This document shows, in pieces, positions 60,890 to 64,000 of a DNA stretch of 64,000 nucleotides; the stretch's first letter is position 1; the number at the start of each line of letters is the position of its first letter. The stretch is taken from positions 24,356,213-24,420,212 of the forward strand of contig OZ234493.1 of the NCBI GenBank assembly GCA_965153455.1, written 5' to 3'. The notes under the pieces are model-generated. The model saw nothing but the letters and a program-made list of their open reading frames with translations, did no database searches and had not been told where the DNA came from. The position numbers and the translations under genes are program-made. Origin of the DNA: Sphagnum compactum (taxonomy: Eukaryota).

Positions 60890-62601
60890 CCTTCACTACT
60901 TTTTCCTTCTCGTTCTTCTTCTTCTTTCCCTTCTTCTTCTTCTTCTTCTTCTTCTTCAGCTCCTTCTTTTCTGTCTCTGTGTCTCTCTGACTTGGTTGTC
61001 GCCTCACAGGCAAGTCGTCCCAACACAAACCCAAAACACTCTTCACTAAGTACAAGACCACGACAATCACAAAATGCCACGAAAACACAGAAGAGAAAAA
61101 ACAGATTAGGGCTACCCAAAGCGTCTCTGGAGACAAGGAATCACGAGAGTTTGGACAAGAAGAAGGAATCCCAACACTCCCACAAACCGATCGGACCAGC
61201 GGCGGCAACAGCGGAAGAAAACACTACGGAAAACAGTGGAAAAACAAAAAGCTGCTGCCAAAACAACAACGACTTCTTCTAGATTTATTGGCCTTGTCTA
61301 GAATCCTGCTGATCTATCAAGAGATCCAAGAGCTGGGTTGCAAGGATCTCAAATTCTGCGCCCAACAACTGTGATTGCAGACAGACTGCATGAACAAAAA
61401 AACAAAAAAACCGCCCACCCACATACCAGAATCTTCGAAAAACGACGCAGAAGTTGGCTTGGACTTCGAACAAAAGCAATGTGGAACGCGGAAAGTGGGC
61501 CCCACTTTCCGTCGGCTTCTTTCTCAGCTGCTCTTCATGGCCCACATGCCCCTCTGTGTGTGTGTGTGTGTGTGTGTCTAACGGTGTCTCTCTGTCTCAG
61601 ATTCTGTGCCCCTTTCTCTTTGTGGGTTTTCTTTGCGCTTGTTTTCTCTACAGAAAAGCTTTGCAGCCATGTGGGGAATTGCAAGAGCAACAAATCTTAC
61701 TGCATTGATTTTCCAAGTGGAAACTTTGGTGGAAGAGATCAGAGATTATTGGGACATGATTTCATGAGTTCATGATTACAGGGAATTTGAGAACTAGCTT
61801 CTGTGAGCACCTGGAGTTGATGAGTGCCTGAACTAAGAAGTCTAATTCCAGAGCAATTATCATATGAACAATATAAGGTTCTCTAGAAGAAGAGAAGAAG
61901 TTGTTTTTGAATCAAAATGTTAAGAAGAAGAACATCATCATCACAGCAAACCTGCAGCAAGTCCAGGAGAAACAACAAAAAAGTCTAGAAACAGAATATT
62001 CATGGGACATAGAAATGGAAAAAACAGAATCAAATATGTAACTACAAAGTTGTGTGGTTACATGAGAACCGCATATAGCAAAGTCTCTCTCTCTTGCAGC
62101 AGTTGCATGATCATCAACATCAAGAGCAACAGCTGCAAGGATCATCAACAGCAACATCTGTGGTACCATCAACTGGACTTCATTGTCAGCTGGCACTTAG
62201 AGATCATTGTCAGACATGAACCCAACAGACTCAGTTCCCATTACTGAGGGGTAAAACAAACAAGCCAAAACCATGATGCCTGGCTAGCTTGATGAACCAA
62301 GGAGAAATTCATGAACTTGGTAATCAGAAGAAACTTGAAGCTCAACACTGCAGAAGAGGAAGAGAAAAAGAGAGAGGGAGAGATAGGGACCACAATGTTA
62401 TAAAAAGTTAGAGGAGGGACTACACTGATATTTACAATCTACTATAGTGGCAATGAGAGCAAAGGACCTCATAATCCAGACAGGAGGGAATTACTACTTT
62501 GCAATAATCCTAAATCACTCTTGAATTTTGAGTGATTTTGTACATATGAGATCTGTGATTCTGGTTTAGTATATGGTCAGAGGGACACTTGTAATGTGAG
62601 A

Positions 62602-64000
62602 TCACAGTTTGGAGGGTGGCTGTTGTGTTAGCTCTCTCCGAAGAATTTTCCCAGATGATGTCCTGGGTATGGCATCTATGATTGTTACCCTCCGCAGCTT
62701 TTTGTAAGGTGCCACCTGCACAAATGATGCATCCAGTTGCAGACAGCATCATCATCAGTAAATTGATCAGGCTCTCTCTCTCTCCAGAAACATGGCTTCC
62801 TGACAATAGCTAGGAACAAAAATGCCATCAATTGTCACCAAGATTCCTACTGAGTACTGTGCTTTTGGAACTAATCTCCAGTTGCTCAAGAAGACTTTCC
62901 AGAATGTGTACCATTGACAGTAATTCAGAGAATCGTTAATGAGATTACATGAGGAAGGGAAAAGGTTGTTAGAGAGGAATCATCAATGAGCTGATAGGCT
63001 GTCCTGCAATAGGTTTGTGGAGACCCGCAGGCAGGGAATCTAGAAAGAGATACAGACCACTCATGCATGAAGCCTGTCCAGAGATTTTAAGGGATGTTGA
63101 AAAAAGTCTAGAACCTGTTCAGCAACAAAGTCCAAAACGTCTTTCTCTGTAACAGATTGATGTGGCTTGCAAACAATGTATGCAACTGGTACTTGCCCAG
63201 CTTCTTTATCTGCAAGTCTGGACATTGAAAAAAACAAAAAGTCAAATTTAACATGTACAAGTGCTCAGATTGCTACCAGAGTGCACACGACTCTTCCTTG
63301 TTGTAACAATCCTCCATCTTGACCTAATTCTGGAAAACCCCAGAAAGCATTAGCTCACAAATCTCTTGGGGCCTTGCTTTATCATCACTCTCATGAGTTC
63401 AGAGGACTCCAGAAAATGAAACTTGGTGTATGTGAAGGTTTTACTCGTAACACAACTGGTCAAGCGGATCTGAGTCATTGGGGACATCAAGTCTGTGTCA
63501 AAAAAAAAAATGGGTCATGTGGAAAAGGTTTAGACAACTCACGGGACAACTGCTGCATCATGGATTGAAGGATGGGAGGTCAATATCCCCTCCAATTCAG
63601 CTGGTGCAACCTGTGCAAAATGAGCATATGTAAGCTCCATTCAAAGACTTCAAGCTCATGCTGCACTCAAATCAACTTTGTTCTGAAAACCTTCTAGTTT
63701 AGAAAAGCAAATTATCCTTCTCCAGAAATGCTCTCAGCTTCTGGCTCCTTGATCCTCTTAAGATCGATAATGTATAACTAGGATACAGCTTTTAATTGCA
63801 GGATTTTAGGAACTCTGGATGACAAACCAACAAAATCGCAAACTCTGGAAGTGTACACTTGAACTGGAAACATGTCCAGCACTTTGGTATACCTCACCTG
63901 GAAACCCTTGTATTTGATGAGTTCTTTGATGCGATCCACGACAAAGAGGCAGCCACTGTCATCAATGTAGACCAAGTCTCCTGTATGTAGCCATCCGTCT
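62602..64000 (-). CDS. 3' end of a peroxisomal 4-coumarate:CoA ligase-like acyl-CoA synthetase; exons >64000-63898, 63610-63543, 63217-63115, 62715-62602
   Basis: [13 protein letters not shown]...[50 protein letters not shown]...[32 protein letters not shown]...SKL* (PTS1). The gene continues beyond the window. Confidence 0.93.

Noticed and set aside
62278-62300. tgcctggct, resembling the miR160 5' end
   Set aside because: Only 9 nt match and no complementary star arm is visible.

Overview
This is eukaryotic land-plant nuclear DNA: AT-rich, with GT-AG introns and many microsatellites. The gene style and repeat families suggest a moss, possibly Sphagnum-like (inference). I reconstructed seven intron-containing genes by hand. 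They are a PHR/PHL-type MYB-CC transcription factor (+), complex I subunit B8/NDUFA2 (-) head-to-head with BLOS1/GCN5L1 (+), an NPH3-type BTB protein with a very long low-complexity N-terminus (-), a TMEM104-like amino-acid transporter (-), a divergent calmodulin-like protein (-), and the 3' end of a peroxisomal (SKL) 4CL-like acyl-CoA synthetase (-). The accessory regions hold the 5' half of a Copia LTR element interrupted by a second LTR-like repeat, a degenerate Helitron Rep region, Tourist/Harbinger-like MITEs, a CRE-like non-LTR retrotransposon and several minisatellites. The most notable structure is a roughly 9-kb block (about 16.9-26.0 kb). In it, decayed exons of three unrelated host genes (golgin GC5/TMF, NASP-like histone chaperone, HMG-CoA synthase) lie co-oriented and interleaved next to the Helitron Rep, consistent with Helitron gene-fragment capture. 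All family assignments come from remembered motifs; no database search was run.
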